DNA from: Malacoraja senta
Lineage: Eukaryota
Reading direction: 5' to 3'
DNA: 64,000 bases
Assembly (NCBI GenBank): GCA_038087875.1
Contig: CM075987.1
Span: forward strand, 21,328,001-21,392,000
This document shows positions 41,250 through 53,360 of the stretch, piece after piece (position 1 is the stretch's first letter; every line of letters starts with the position of its first letter). The notes under the pieces were generated by a model. The model did no database searches. It was not told the DNA's origin and was given only the letters and a program-made list of their open reading frames with translations. The position numbers were made by a program, and so were the translations under genes.

Positions 41250-43860
41250 TGACAATAGACAATAGGTGCAGGAGTCGGCCATTCGAGCCAGCACCGCCAT
41301 TCACTGTGGTCATGGCTGATGCATGGCAGATGAAGTTTAATGTGGATAAATGGGAGGTTATCCACTTTGGTATCAAAAACAAGAAGGCAGATTACTATCT
41401 AAATGGTGTCAAGTTGGGAAAAGGGGAAGTACAATGGGATCTGGGGGTCCTTGTTCATCAGTCTATGAAAGTAAGCATGCAGGTACAGCAGGCAGTGAAG
41501 CAAGCGAATGGCATGTTGGCCTTTATAACAAGAGGAGTCGAGTATAGGAGCAAAGAGATCCTTCTGCAGTTTTACAGGGCCCTAGTGAGACCACACCTGG
41601 AGTATTGTATGCAGTTTTGGGCCCCTAATTTGAGAAAGGACATTCTTGCGATTGAGGGAGTTTTACAAGGTTAATTCCCGGGATGGCGGGACTGTCATAT
41701 ACTGAGAGAATGGAGCGGCTGGGCTTGTATACTCTGGAGTATAGAAGGATGAAGGGGATCTTATTGAAACATATAAGATTATTAAGGGTTTGGACACGGT
41801 AGAGGCAGGAAACATGTTCCAGATGTTGGGGGCATCCAGAACCAGGTGCCACAATTTAAGAATAAGGGGTAAGCCATTTAGAACGGAGACGAGGAAACAC
41901 TTTTTCACACAGAGAGTTGTGAGTCTGTGGAATTCTCTGCCTCAGAGGGCGGTGGAGGCCGGTTCTCTGGATACTTTCAAGAGAGCTCGATAGGGCTCTT
42001 TAAGATAGCGGAGTCAGGGGTTATGGGGAGCAGGCTGGGGCGGGGTACTGATTGGGGATGATCAGCCATGATCACGTTGAATGGCAGTGCTGGCTCAAAG
42101 GGCCGAATGGCCTACTCCTGCACCTATTGTCTATTGACCTCTTTGCTCCTATATTCAACTCCTCTTGTTATGAAGGCCAACATGCCATTAGCCTTCTTCA
42201 CTGCCTGCTGTACCTGCATGCTTACTTTCAGTGAGTAATGAACAAGGACCCCCAGATCTCTTTGTACTTCCCCTTTTCCCAACTTGACACCATTCAGATA
42301 ATCTGCCTTCCTGCTTTTGCCACCAAAGTGGATAACCTCATTTATCAACATTAAACTGCATCTGCCATGCATCTGCCCACTCACCCAACCAATCCAAGTC
42401 ACCCTGCATCCTCATAGCATCGTCCTCACAGTTCACACTGCCACCCAGCTTTGTGTCATCTGCAAATTTGCTAATGTTACTTTGAATCCCTTCACCTAAA
42501 TCATTAATGTATATTGTAAATAGCTGCAGTCCCAGCACCGAGCCTTGCGGTACCCCATTAGTCGCTGCCTGCCATTCTGAAAGCGACCCGTTAATCCCTA
42601 CTCTTTGTTTCCTGCCTGCCAAACAATTTACTATCCATGCCAGTACCCTACCCCCAATACCATGTGTTCCAATGTTGCCCACTAATCTCCTATGTGGGAC
42701 CATATCAAATGCTTTCTGAAAGTCCAGGTACACTACATCCACTGGCTCTCCCTTGTCCATTTTCCTATTTACATCCTCAGAAAATTCCAGAAAATTAGTC
42801 AAGCATGATTTCCCCTTCGTAAATCCATGCTGACTCGGACCGATCCTGTTACTGCTGTCCAAATGTGCGGCTATTTCATCTGTTATAATTTACTGCAGCA
42901 TCTTCCCCACCACCGATGTCAGGCTAACTGGTCTATAATTCCATTTTTTCTCTCCTGCCTTTCTTAAAAAATAGGATAACATTAACTACCCTCCAAACCA
43001 CAGGAACTGATCCTGAATCTGTAGAACATTGGCAACCCAAATCTCGCTGTACCAATTGGTACAGTGACAATAAATGTAAACTTGAACTTGAACTTGAAAT
43101 GATCACCAATTCGTCCACGATTTCTAGAGCCACTTCCTTAAGTACACTGGGATGCAGACCATCAGGCCCTGGGGATTTATCAGCCTTCAGTCGCATCAGT
43201 CTACCCAACATCATTTCCTACCGATTGTGAATTTCCTTCAGTTCCTCCATCACCCTAGATCCTCCGGCCACCAGTACATCAGGGAAATTGTTTGTGTCTT
43301 CCTTAGTGAAGACGGATACAAAGTACCTGTTCAACTTGTCTGCCATTTCCTTGTTCCCCATCATAAATTCACCTGTTTCAGTCTTCAAGGGTCCAACTTT
43401 GGTCTTAACTATTCTTTTCCTCTTCACATACGTAAAGAAGCTTTTACTATCCTCCTTTATATTCTTGGCTAGCTTACCTTCGTACCTGATCTTTTCTCCC
43501 CGTATTGCCTTTTCAGTTATCTTCTGTTGCTCTTTAAATCCCAATCCTCTGGCTTCCCACTCATCTTTGCTATGTTATACTTCTTCTCTTTTATTTTTAT
43601 ACTGTCCTTGACTTCCTTTGTCAGCCACGGTCACCCCTTACTCCCCTTGGAATCTTTCTTCCTCTTTGGAATGAACTGATCCTGTACCTTCTGTATTATT
43701 CCCAGAAATACCTGCCATTGTTTTTCCACTGTCATCCCTGCTAGGGTATCTTTCCAATCAACTTTGGCCAGCTCCTCCCTCATGGCTCCATTTTTCCCCT
43801 TTGTTCAACTGTAATACTGATACTTCCGATGTTCCCTTCTCCCTCTCAAATTGTAGATTT
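41250..43860. mobile_element. Rearranged CR1 LINE complex (+ strand 3' part 41315-42135; - strand RT part 42137-43860)
   Basis: RT motifs QHGFTKGKSCLTN, YLDFQKAFD, GVPQGSVLG, KFADDTKLG on minus; WQMKFNVDK, ALVRPHLEYC, FFTQRVVSLWNSLP on plus. Confidence 0.92.
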
Positions 43861-44249
43861 GATCTAATTCTATCCTTAACTTCTTTTGTTAATTGCAGAT
43901 GAACTACTTTTCTTGACAAATGGCTCTTAAGCAGAAATATTAATTTTCTCTTTCCACAGGTGTTACTCGATCTGAGTGTTTTCAGCATTTTGGTTTTGAT
44001 ACAATTTTCTTATTGGGTGTTAGTGCTTTAAAATGTTTTTTTGCAAATTAGATATTAAGTTCTGCAATATGAGTTCCGAGGATTGTATTGTTGAATAGGG
44101 CTTATTGGGACTGTGCCAATGTTTGCTTAGAGTTCTCAGGACAGTGCCAATATTCACCTTACCTTTGGAGCTGGGGTAGTATTTACTGAGGGTCTGCAGC
44201 AATTTATATTACCATTTGTTTTAGTACAACTGTGCCAGTACCTGGTTAT

Positions 44250-44496
44250 TGATACTGGGAACATCCTAATGTATACTGCAGTCTTCTTGTATACATTTAA
44301 AACATTGCGGCAAACTTTGGTAATCTATCAAGGGTTAAATAACCCAATTTTCAAACCCCACCTCTTGCATCACACTGATGCCCTTTAAAAGGCTTTGGTT
44401 TCTTGCAAACCATCATTCTAGCCTTTCAGGTGACGTTTCCCAGTCTAGTGAAGTGAAGAATCTAAATACGGAAACCTTGTTCCGTGCACGCCTGAT
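44250..44496 (+). promoter_or_regulatory. Candidate promoter/5' UTR of the lipocalin gene
   Basis: TATA-like TTTAAAA (44384-44390) about 110 nt upstream of the ATG; TTGCATCA (44365), CTGGGAA (44255), near-palindrome GGGTTAAATAACCC (44332). Short motifs only; an upstream non-coding exon is also possible. Confidence 0.35.
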
Positions 44497-47400
44497 ATGA
44501 GGCTCAAGATGTTGACCCTTTACATCGTGGCTGCTTTCACCATCTCTGTGGTCTCAAGTGCAGCCGTGCCCCTCATGAACTGCACAGCAAAGGACAGTAA
44601 TGTATCCATGTTTGATATGTTTGAGGTGAGTTGAAAATTACAGTAATAGATCACTGTGTACATTTAACCAGAGGCTACCTTGTAGAGTTAGTGATAAGGG
44701 AATAGCTTTTGTGGCAAGATTCATGGCTTTGACTTTCTGATAGTGATGCTGAGCATTAAATATTATAGACAGTGTGATACAAACAGTATAGTAAACAGGA
44801 AATAGTGAGATGTGGACAGTTGGTGAAGAAGAATAACTGCCCATTAGGGTAATTCTAATGTATTTCTGGAAAAATAAACTAATTTTGATGAAATTTAAAT
44901 GGTTTCAAAGATTAGTCATTGAGGGACAACAGGGTGAGGAGAGGAGATTACAGGTTGCAAATGAATAGAAGATACAATAGAACAGATGAGGGTATGTTGA
45001 GATTGATGAATAAGCATAAAGCAGCAACAGCATTGTGCTTTTTATTCACATGGTAGAAATTTCATGAATTAACTTTATACTTGTTGGGGAGCAGGATTTT
45101 TGAATGTGCAGATCTTATCAGAAGTGCGTAATTGAATCACAGAATTGTTAATCTATTGGATTTTGTCTGTTTACAAACCTGTGAATCAATTGGCATATTT
45201 TACTATGTTAAAGATGTTATGTAAATGTAAGGTTCTTCAATTGTTGATTGTGATAATGTTTGGTTATGCCACTAGATGGTAGCTTACCCCATATTTTGGA
45301 AGCAGGTCAGGGATTTGAGTGGGAAATCAAATGCAAGATCTGTGAAAGAAAGGCAGGAAATGCTGGCGGAGAGAGCAGTCACTTTACGTGCAAGGCTGGT
45401 AACCCTTTGTTAGAGCTGAAGATTGAGAAATTACGTTTTTTATTGTGCAGGAAGGAACTGCAGATGCTGGTTTACACCGAAAATAGATACAAAATGCTGG
45501 AGTAACTCAGTGGGTCAGGCAGCATCTCTGGAGAGAAGAAATAGGTGATGTTTCGGGTCGAGACCCTTCTTCAGACTGCTTAGCAGGGGGGAGTAGGGAC
45601 AGGAGGAGATGCGGAAAGGCACGGACACAAAGAGAGTGAGTGGGAGAGATATTCTATTCAACCGATCAAACTTTTTTCTGAGCTGAGTAAGTCATGGAGT
45701 CATTGTGCTGTACAGCACGGAAACAGGCCCTTTAGAGTGAACAATGGAGCCGGAGGGGGGAGAAAAAAAATACAATGAGTAAACTGTGTGGGCTAGGCTA
45801 CGAGAAACACTGGACTCTGTGTGGACGTCCCATATACTGCTCACTACTCATGAGCCAAACCCCAAACTGTCCAAACTGACGTGAACAAAAAAAGGAGAAA
45901 ATTCAGAAACTGTACCAACTTCTAAAATACAAAATCATTTGACCTGAACTTGTAAATATATTCATGACACATTAACAATGCACCACTTATTAATAATCAG
46001 CTAGCAGGCTCTGGAGTTCATAAATATTATGTTGTGGGGGGGGGTAGATCAGCAAAATTTGCTGGTTGACTCGTATCACTCCAGACTCACTCCAATATTA
46101 GCCTTATGCTAATAATACCATACCCTAAACCTCTAATCTGTTTGCCAACTTGCTGGATTTGCATCTTAAGTGCTATTAAACTTGTATTAGAAAGTTAGGG
46201 CTGTTAAGTAAGTGTGCAAGAAACTGATTTTATTATTCTTCCTTGTATTACATCCCTCTCTCTGGATGAGATTTTTCTTATTGATTCTCCCTGTTTCTAT
46301 GCTTGTATTTCACTTACTTTGCCACGAGCAATGCTGCTCCAACTAAGATTTTGTTCAATATCTTAAATTAAAGCAGGTTTATTTCTATTTTGCATGTTTG
46401 ATAAGATTCCCATTAAAGGCTCCTTGGGAAAGGAAATAATTTTGTATTGCTCCGCATTTCAATATAAAACAGAGAACCTGTGCTAGCATGTTGGTCAAAT
46501 CTTTGCCAAAGTCTATGTGAGGCCAATGGGGAGGAATTTCTGAGACAGTCCCCAGCAAGCTCTTTTCAGAGGTACATCTGTGTATTTCATTGTTCGTCAT
46601 TCCTATTTTCTCCATAAGCCTTTTGGTGTTTGGCATACCATCGCAATTGCTTCAGCAGAAAATCATGATGGACTGAACAGCTTAACAATTTCTTTGAATG
46701 ATGAGAAGAACCTCTACCTCCAGATTGATTGGTAAGTTGATAAATTTATAGCAAAGTTTACAGAATAAAATTAATTACTCCGAGCATCATATGCTATTTA
46801 TCAGTATATTCAGAACCATGGTTTCCAAACAGAAGTGGGTGGGGTGAAATTTCCATAGGACATCAAAGGGATCCAATGTAAATCTTACCAGAATATTGTT
46901 TTGAGTAAAGTAGTTCCACATGGTTAACATGACATTTTCTACAGCATAATGTAGCAAGCACTTAGGTCTTTGAGTTCTGTGATCTACTGAACTTTGAGTG
47001 AATGATTTGTTAACTTTGCATTTTCTGTATTGATCAACACAACAGGAAGGGAGTATGCACAAAAATAGAAAAAATATTTTCCAGTACTTCTGAGGGTGCT
47101 AATGAAGGTTGGTGCAATGTTTTATTATATGATATATATTTCTTTGGGGTAAGCATTGAGAACATGACTGGAGCAGTCTTCCAATTAGAAAATTCCTGGG
47201 TGGCTCAGCTCAGGGACAATGGGTCTATCTGAACTGAGGGCAGCATCCCCTGCAGGGTTTGGTGAATGCTTTGCTGCCCATATCTTACTGAAACATCAAG
47301 TCCTACCTGCTCACTGACCTACATCACTCCCTCTGGCAATGCCTTGCTTTTAAATTTATTTTCCTTTTTTAGAAGTCCCTCCCTGACTTCCCCTCCTATC

Positions 47401-50400
47401 CATCTGTGCACATGTTCAAACCTACAACCTTCTTAGATATCTCCACTCTTCTGGTTCTGGCTTCTTATGAAGCTGTTGTATTTATCCCTCCTTGACCAGG
47501 CCTTGAGTGGCCTACACTCTAAGCACAGCAATTCCCTTCAAAAGGTTCCCCACCCTTTTCTCTTTTAAAATACTCTTTACAACTGACCAAGCCTTTTGTC
47601 AGGTCGCAGAATATAATCTTCGGCTTAATTATCACTCGGGGAGGTTTTTTGAGATGATGTGCTACTTTAAAAGTGCTATATAAATGCAAACTGTTTTCAT
47701 TTCCATTCCTTGCTCTCAGTTCAATTAACATACACCGCGACATATGTTATTGATACTATGCTTAACATTTGCATCTCATAATTGTTTGTGTTTTTTCCCC
47801 ACCAAATCTATCTGAGTCTGTAAGATGACTGTTACAACAAGAGTTTGCTGCAAATGTGCCATGTTCCAATCCAGGAATTGGGCATGCATCAAGATTTTTG
47901 AATTGAAAGGACTTTGGTGTCCTTTGATTGGGATGTTAAATTTAGGTCTAATTTGCTTGTTCCGTTGGACCTTCAAAGGTCTGTGTATCATCTCAAAGAT
48001 CTGTGCACCTTCCCAGTGATCCGGTCCTCCCTCCACCACTACTCGATAGAACTTTGGCTAAGTGGTAGCACCCTTTGCCTCCCTGGCTTTACTTAACTCT
48101 TCCTTTCTTGGATCAACACTTTTGCCTATGAGTTAAAGCACTATACGTTTGAGTTTCATTCTAGAGAAATAAATGGATGCCCAGGCTTCACACGAAGGAA
48201 TTGTTCACTGTTGGAGGAGTTGTTTTTCGATGAAATGTTAAAGTGAGCGTACATAAGAAATCTCACAGCATTAATTAAACACATGTCTGAAGTGTTGTGA
48301 TATTAATTATCCTTTAACAAACATTTATCTGCTGATTATCACATTTCGTTTAGAGATACAGCGCGGAAACAGGCCCTTCGGCCTACCGAGCCCACACCGA
48401 CCAGCGATCCCGGCACACTAACACTATCCTACACACACTGGAGACAATTTACATTTATACCAGGCCAATTAACCTACAAATCTGTATGTCTTTGCATTCA
48501 TGTGGGAGGAAACTGAAGATCTCGGAGAAAACCCACGCAGGTCACGGGAAGAACATACAAACTCCGCACAGACAAGCACCCGTAGTTAGGAATGAACCTG
48601 GGTCTCTGGCACTGTAACTCTACCGCTATGCCACCGTGCCACCCACTGACCCCATTTGTAGGAGCTCCGTTATTTAATGGGAACATCCAGAGATGATTAG
48701 GGGTGCTGTTTGAATGCAAACTTTCCCATTCACCCCCATCCCCCTTTTCAACCTTATGTAATACACTGGGTTCCTTCCAGGCAGTTAGCTTGTCAATGTG
48801 CTTGTGTTACAGAATCTTCAAGTGCTTCAGATCCTCACTTGGGACAGTGACAACTGTCACCACCACTTCCTCCAAGACTTAATTCTCCTTGTATTTTGTC
48901 TCTCCCAATCTTTCCTCCTACATTTCTGAGTCATTGGCTACTAAATTATATGGCAGGGTATTTTCATTCTAAGTCTGTACCCAGTTGGTTGTACTCTTGA
49001 CTCAGTTGCAAGGTACCAATTCCATTCTCAGAGACAAGCATAAAGTATTTCAAAAGTGAAGTGGTTTGAGATATTCTAAAGCCATGATAAGTGCTGTGTA
49101 AATTTTTTTTCCTTAACTTCTTCAGACAAATGGGATTACATAGCTATAAACGGGAATACTGAATATGTTATACTCCATCACCACCACCATAGAAAATGTG
49201 CAACCAACATCTTCCTCTTACTTGGTAAGAAGCAATTAGAAAAAAATTACAATTTATTATGTAATCTGCAGATGATATATGTAAGGGTAGCAAAGAACTG
49301 CCAATGCTGGTTTAAATCGGAGATAGACACAAAATGCTGGAGTAACTCAGCAGGACAGGCAGCTTCTCTTGAGAGAAGGAATGAGTGACGTTTTGGGTCG
49401 AGACCCTTCTTCAGATGATATATATAATATATTTAGCACAGCCTTAATGATTTCTTTATCCAAGTTGTAAAAGGAATGGTCCCTTTCCAGGGAGTTGATA
49501 ACATGTTTAACTAAATACTATTTGTTGCTCAAATCCTTGAACCTGATTAGTGCTGATGGGGTTAATTGAGGAAAAAATCCCTCAGAGGATTACTTCATGT
49601 TGGAGACGAATATTAACTATCTAACACATTCCATAGATGTAAGCTCATATAAAAATTTGCTGAGCATATCTAGACTAGTACTATAGCCTTTCAATTCAAT
49701 ACCCTTGTTTGTGCTGATCCACATTTTTCCAATGGTAATTTATCAGCACCTTGATTTTGAAATTCACATTCCTGCTCCTTTCAAAGCTCCATTGCTCACT
49801 GCTTTTGGAACATCCTATATACCTCCAACCCCAGCTAGAACTCTGCATCTCCCACTGCCTTCACCCCACCACAAAGCTCAAACTTAAGTCACCATGGTCC
49901 TAAGTTCAGTTTGTTCACTCGATCTTAAAGTCTACCCAGAGCCTAACTGTGTCAATTTCTGTCTGATTGCATTTCTCTCATGTTATCTTCATCCAGTTAA
50001 GGAACTATAAAAATTTAAACTGTTCTATTCCTGCACAGGCAGCTATTAACCCTCTCTGTTTACATTACATGTGAGTTTAATTCTCAAATCAAATTATTCT
50101 CCACTGATAACATAATATTGCATTCAAACTCAGTTTATTGAGAAATATAACACAACTTGTCATTATAGAGAATAGGAGTGGGAAAGCAGATAATTGAGGA
50201 CTTTGTACTTCTGGTATTACATGTGTAGTATATCAATATCCTCTGCAAAGAAATGAAAGATGATTTCCACAAGGTTTGAAATACAGATAACAAAATATAT
50301 TAATGAACCTCATTTGTCCTGCAAAATCTCGGGATGATGTTTGTAAAGTGGTATTTAGTGGATGCACAATATGCATTAAATTCATAAACTCTGTCATCAA

Positions 50401-51962
50401 TTAACAGCCATTTGTCTTTGCAGGAAAAAATCCAACAGCAAGTGTTGACATCATGGAAAGTTTCAAGAGGCTGGTAGATTGTTCAAATATTCCGGATCTC
50501 ACAATCTACACACTACCTCAGGAAGATGGTAAAAACAAGATTTCTATGAAAAGACATAAATGCTTTTGGGAATACTTGTCGACAGATTTAATCACCTTGC
50601 TATTGAATTGAGAATAATACTTTGGGAAAACGTTAAATCACATTGTTTTCATGTTTTGGTAGGTGAGATTTTAAGTGCCGTTACACAGCAAAACTTTGAG
50701 AACTCGGAGAGATGTGATAAAGGTCTTCACAGTACTAAAATATAAGGTTTCAATAAATTAGGTCACAAATTTGAAATCTGCAGTCCTTGCCTGAGATTAG
50801 AGGTGATATAAAACTTCAACATAAAAATAATACTCAGCAGGACAGACTTTGTGTTTTGCTCGTAAATGAGTAAGGACTATTGCATTTCTTGGAAAGTGCT
50901 GTTCTGGGTTGGGGGTTCCCCAGTGATAAAACAGAAGCTGTTGAAGTCAGCAATGAAACAACAGAGCAAAACAGATAGATTAATGTTCACCAAAAAATCT
51001 GTATTGGTTATACATTTATTGCATCTACTTTTCTTTAAAGGAATCTGCAAGACCAGCACACCACAGGTTGGTATATATATATTTTTTAAATTGCTTTAGA
51101 ACATTTAGCTAAATTCAGAACTTGTTATTAACAAACTGCAAAAATGAATATTACACTTTGTTTAAAAAATAGCATACTGTATTAATGAAACAAAGCTTTG
51201 TTCTGCACATTCAAGAAAATTAGAAAAATACTGTAGACTGCTGTTTGAATTATATTGTTCCATTTTTTATCCTCTCAAAGACCATCTTGACTTTGCAACT
51301 AATACTGCCACTTGAAGATATTTGCAACATTAGTATATTAACTGAGAATTTAACATGCTGCACAAAGTAAAACTCGGTAATTAATGACAATTGCATTATA
51401 GTTATGATATAATTTGAAACAATCTCTCAGGCCCAGAATGGGAAGGATGCAACGTACTCAGTCTCATTCTTGCACGTAATCATAGTCGAGTCAAGTTTAT
51501 TTGTCACATACACATACGAGATGTGCAGTTGTTAAAGATCTAAAACATATCACATTTTGGTTCATTTTTCCAACATTGCCCCTTTCCCTTTGTATTTCGC
51601 TTTCCACACCTAATTTGATTTTATGATTTACTTCTCCATTTTATCTTTTTTTCCCTTTCTGTATCCTTAAATCTAATTGTTGGTGCTATTATACCAGCTT
51701 GTACCCATAAATTAACATCCGAAAAAGAACTTCACTTAAAGGATGCAGAAAAAAATCTAGTTAACATTGTGAGGTGACAAAAAACATTGATGTTCCACGT
51801 TCTAGTTTGTTGTTATAGATTCTTGAGAGTCTGCCCAAGTTTGAAAGATTTGCTCTGTCGCAAGCGAGTTACGAACAATTGCACCCTTTGACCTTTTTTA
51901 AAATTAATTAGTTCTAGGTTCTCTCAGATCTTAGTTACAGTGTTTTTATATTACAGAAATAA
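44497..51962 (+). CDS. Secreted lipocalin, alpha-1-acid glycoprotein/ApoM-like cysteine pattern, about 179 aa
   Basis: Exons 44497-44625, 46619-46731, 47046-47107, 49126-49224, 50424-50528, 51041-51066 and tentatively 51957-51962. Intron phases 0,2,1,1,1 are the canonical vertebrate lipocalin pattern. Protein: MRLKMLTLYIVAAFTISVVSSAAVPLMNCTAKDSNVSMFDMFE/PFGVWHTIAIASAENHDGLNSLTISLNDEKNLYLQIDW/KGVCTKIEKIFSSTSEGANED/KWDYIAINGNTEYVILHHHHHRKCATNIFLLLG/KNPTASVDIMESFKRLVDCSNIPDLTIYTLPQEDG/ICKTSTPQ/K*. Signal peptide, GxW (SCR1) at the start of exon 2, exon-3 Cys and C-terminal Cys. AATAAA at 52146. The last splice is uncertain. Confidence 0.82.
45447..45577 (-). mobile_element. Penelope-like terminus with hammerhead motif in lipocalin intron 1
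   Basis: Reverse complement reads GT-CTGAAGA-A-GGGTCTCGACCC-GAAACATC-AC. Confidence 0.75.
48353..48642 (-). mobile_element. HE1-like V-SINE, full length
   Basis: Head GGGTGGCACGGTGGCATAGCGGTAGAG on the minus strand, V-domain, tail. Confidence 0.85.
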
Positions 51963-52651
51963 AGGAGATCAATTGGAACAAGAGAACGCTTGAGCAAATC
52001 GACCACAACTCACCATTTTGGAACCAATCTACGTTCAAGGATTCTGCAACAAAATATGAAATTATAGCTTTCATTTTCAGTTTATTTAGAGACACAAGTG
52101 TGTTAAGAAATCTTGTGATTCTATACAGATTTTTGCTTTTTTAGCAATAAAAATTTGCAAACAATATTTACATAAAATATAATAATGATTGTAACAATTA
52201 TACTAGCAAAGAGGACAAAGATTTTTCTGTAACAGCAGAGTTTGGCAAACTTGTATTTAAACATTAATTGATCATTAATTAACTTGAAAACATCTAAATA
52301 TAATACTACAGTTCATATTAAATGATGTGAGTTATTATTTGTTGCAAGTTGAGGCTGAGTATTATCAACAGGTGCATGGTATACTTCATCCTCTGATCAT
52401 GTTTCCAGCTATCATCCTTACCTTGTACAGTAGCTGTTGGTACCAAACAATGAGACAAAATACTAATAACTTGATTAACTCAGCCACATGAAAATTGAAC
52501 CCTCATAAAGAAATGCAATAATATTTGCAGCTAATACTTGATAACTCCCAAATGAATCTTTGCACTAGAATTAACAATCCTACGTGGTCACTGAGTCATA
52601 CAGCATGGAAACAGACCCTTCGACCCATTGAGTTCACACCAACCATTGATC

Positions 52652-53360
52652 CATGGGCGGAAATCCCGGGGGGGGGGACACATCCCCTCCATGTTTTGAG
52701 AGGTGGGAGCAATCCCCCCCCCCCACCTCCCCATGTTTTATAATCCGGATTTTTGAAATTCGGTGAAAAAAAAATCTATTAAAAATCTCCGCTTTCCGCG
52801 AGACAGTGGGGGTGGGAGTGATGATCGAGGGCGGCAGGGGGGGGGGCGGGACATGATGATTCAGCGCAATGATTGGAGGAGGGAGGTGTCGGTCAGAGGT
52901 GGAAGTAGGGGGGGGTTGGGACAGAGGATAGAACGCGGTGATTGGAGGAGGGAGGCGTCCTGGTGGAACAAAGATCACAGGCTTGAATCGGCCCGTTCGC
53001 GGGGCTTTTCATCGCCCGGCCCGGCGCGGCTTAAAACCGGCTGCGGCATCTTCCATCGCCCCGCAGTCAAATTGCTGTGTCGAGGCGATCGAGGCTCCCG
53101 ATGTTGAAGCCCCTGCCAGACGATGGAAGATCCCACGGCCAGTTATAAGCCACGCCGGGCGATGAAACACCACGCGAACGGGCCGATTGAAGCCCCACGA
53201 TTCAGTGTCGGTCACCAACCAGGTCAGCTCCCAATATTATCGTCCACAGGGCCCACGGCCGAAGCCTCGGCATGTGTGTGTGTGTGTATGCGCGCGCATG
53301 CGAGGGCGGCGGCAAGAAATTGTGTCCCCCCACGTTTTGACAGCGATTTCCGCCCCCATG
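52652..53360. mobile_element. Non-autonomous hAT-type DNA transposon inserted into a V-SINE
   Basis: TIRs CATGGGCGGAAATC / GATTTCCGCCCCCATG; 8-bp TSD CATTGATC at 52644-52651 and 53361-53368. Host SINE halves at about 52596-52651 and 53361-53600. Confidence 0.85.

Noticed and set aside
44497-44625. First read as a four-helix cytokine exon 1 (signal peptide, phase-0 intron)
   Set aside because: Downstream exons give GxW and phases 2,1,1,1, which fit a lipocalin rather than all-phase-0 cytokines.
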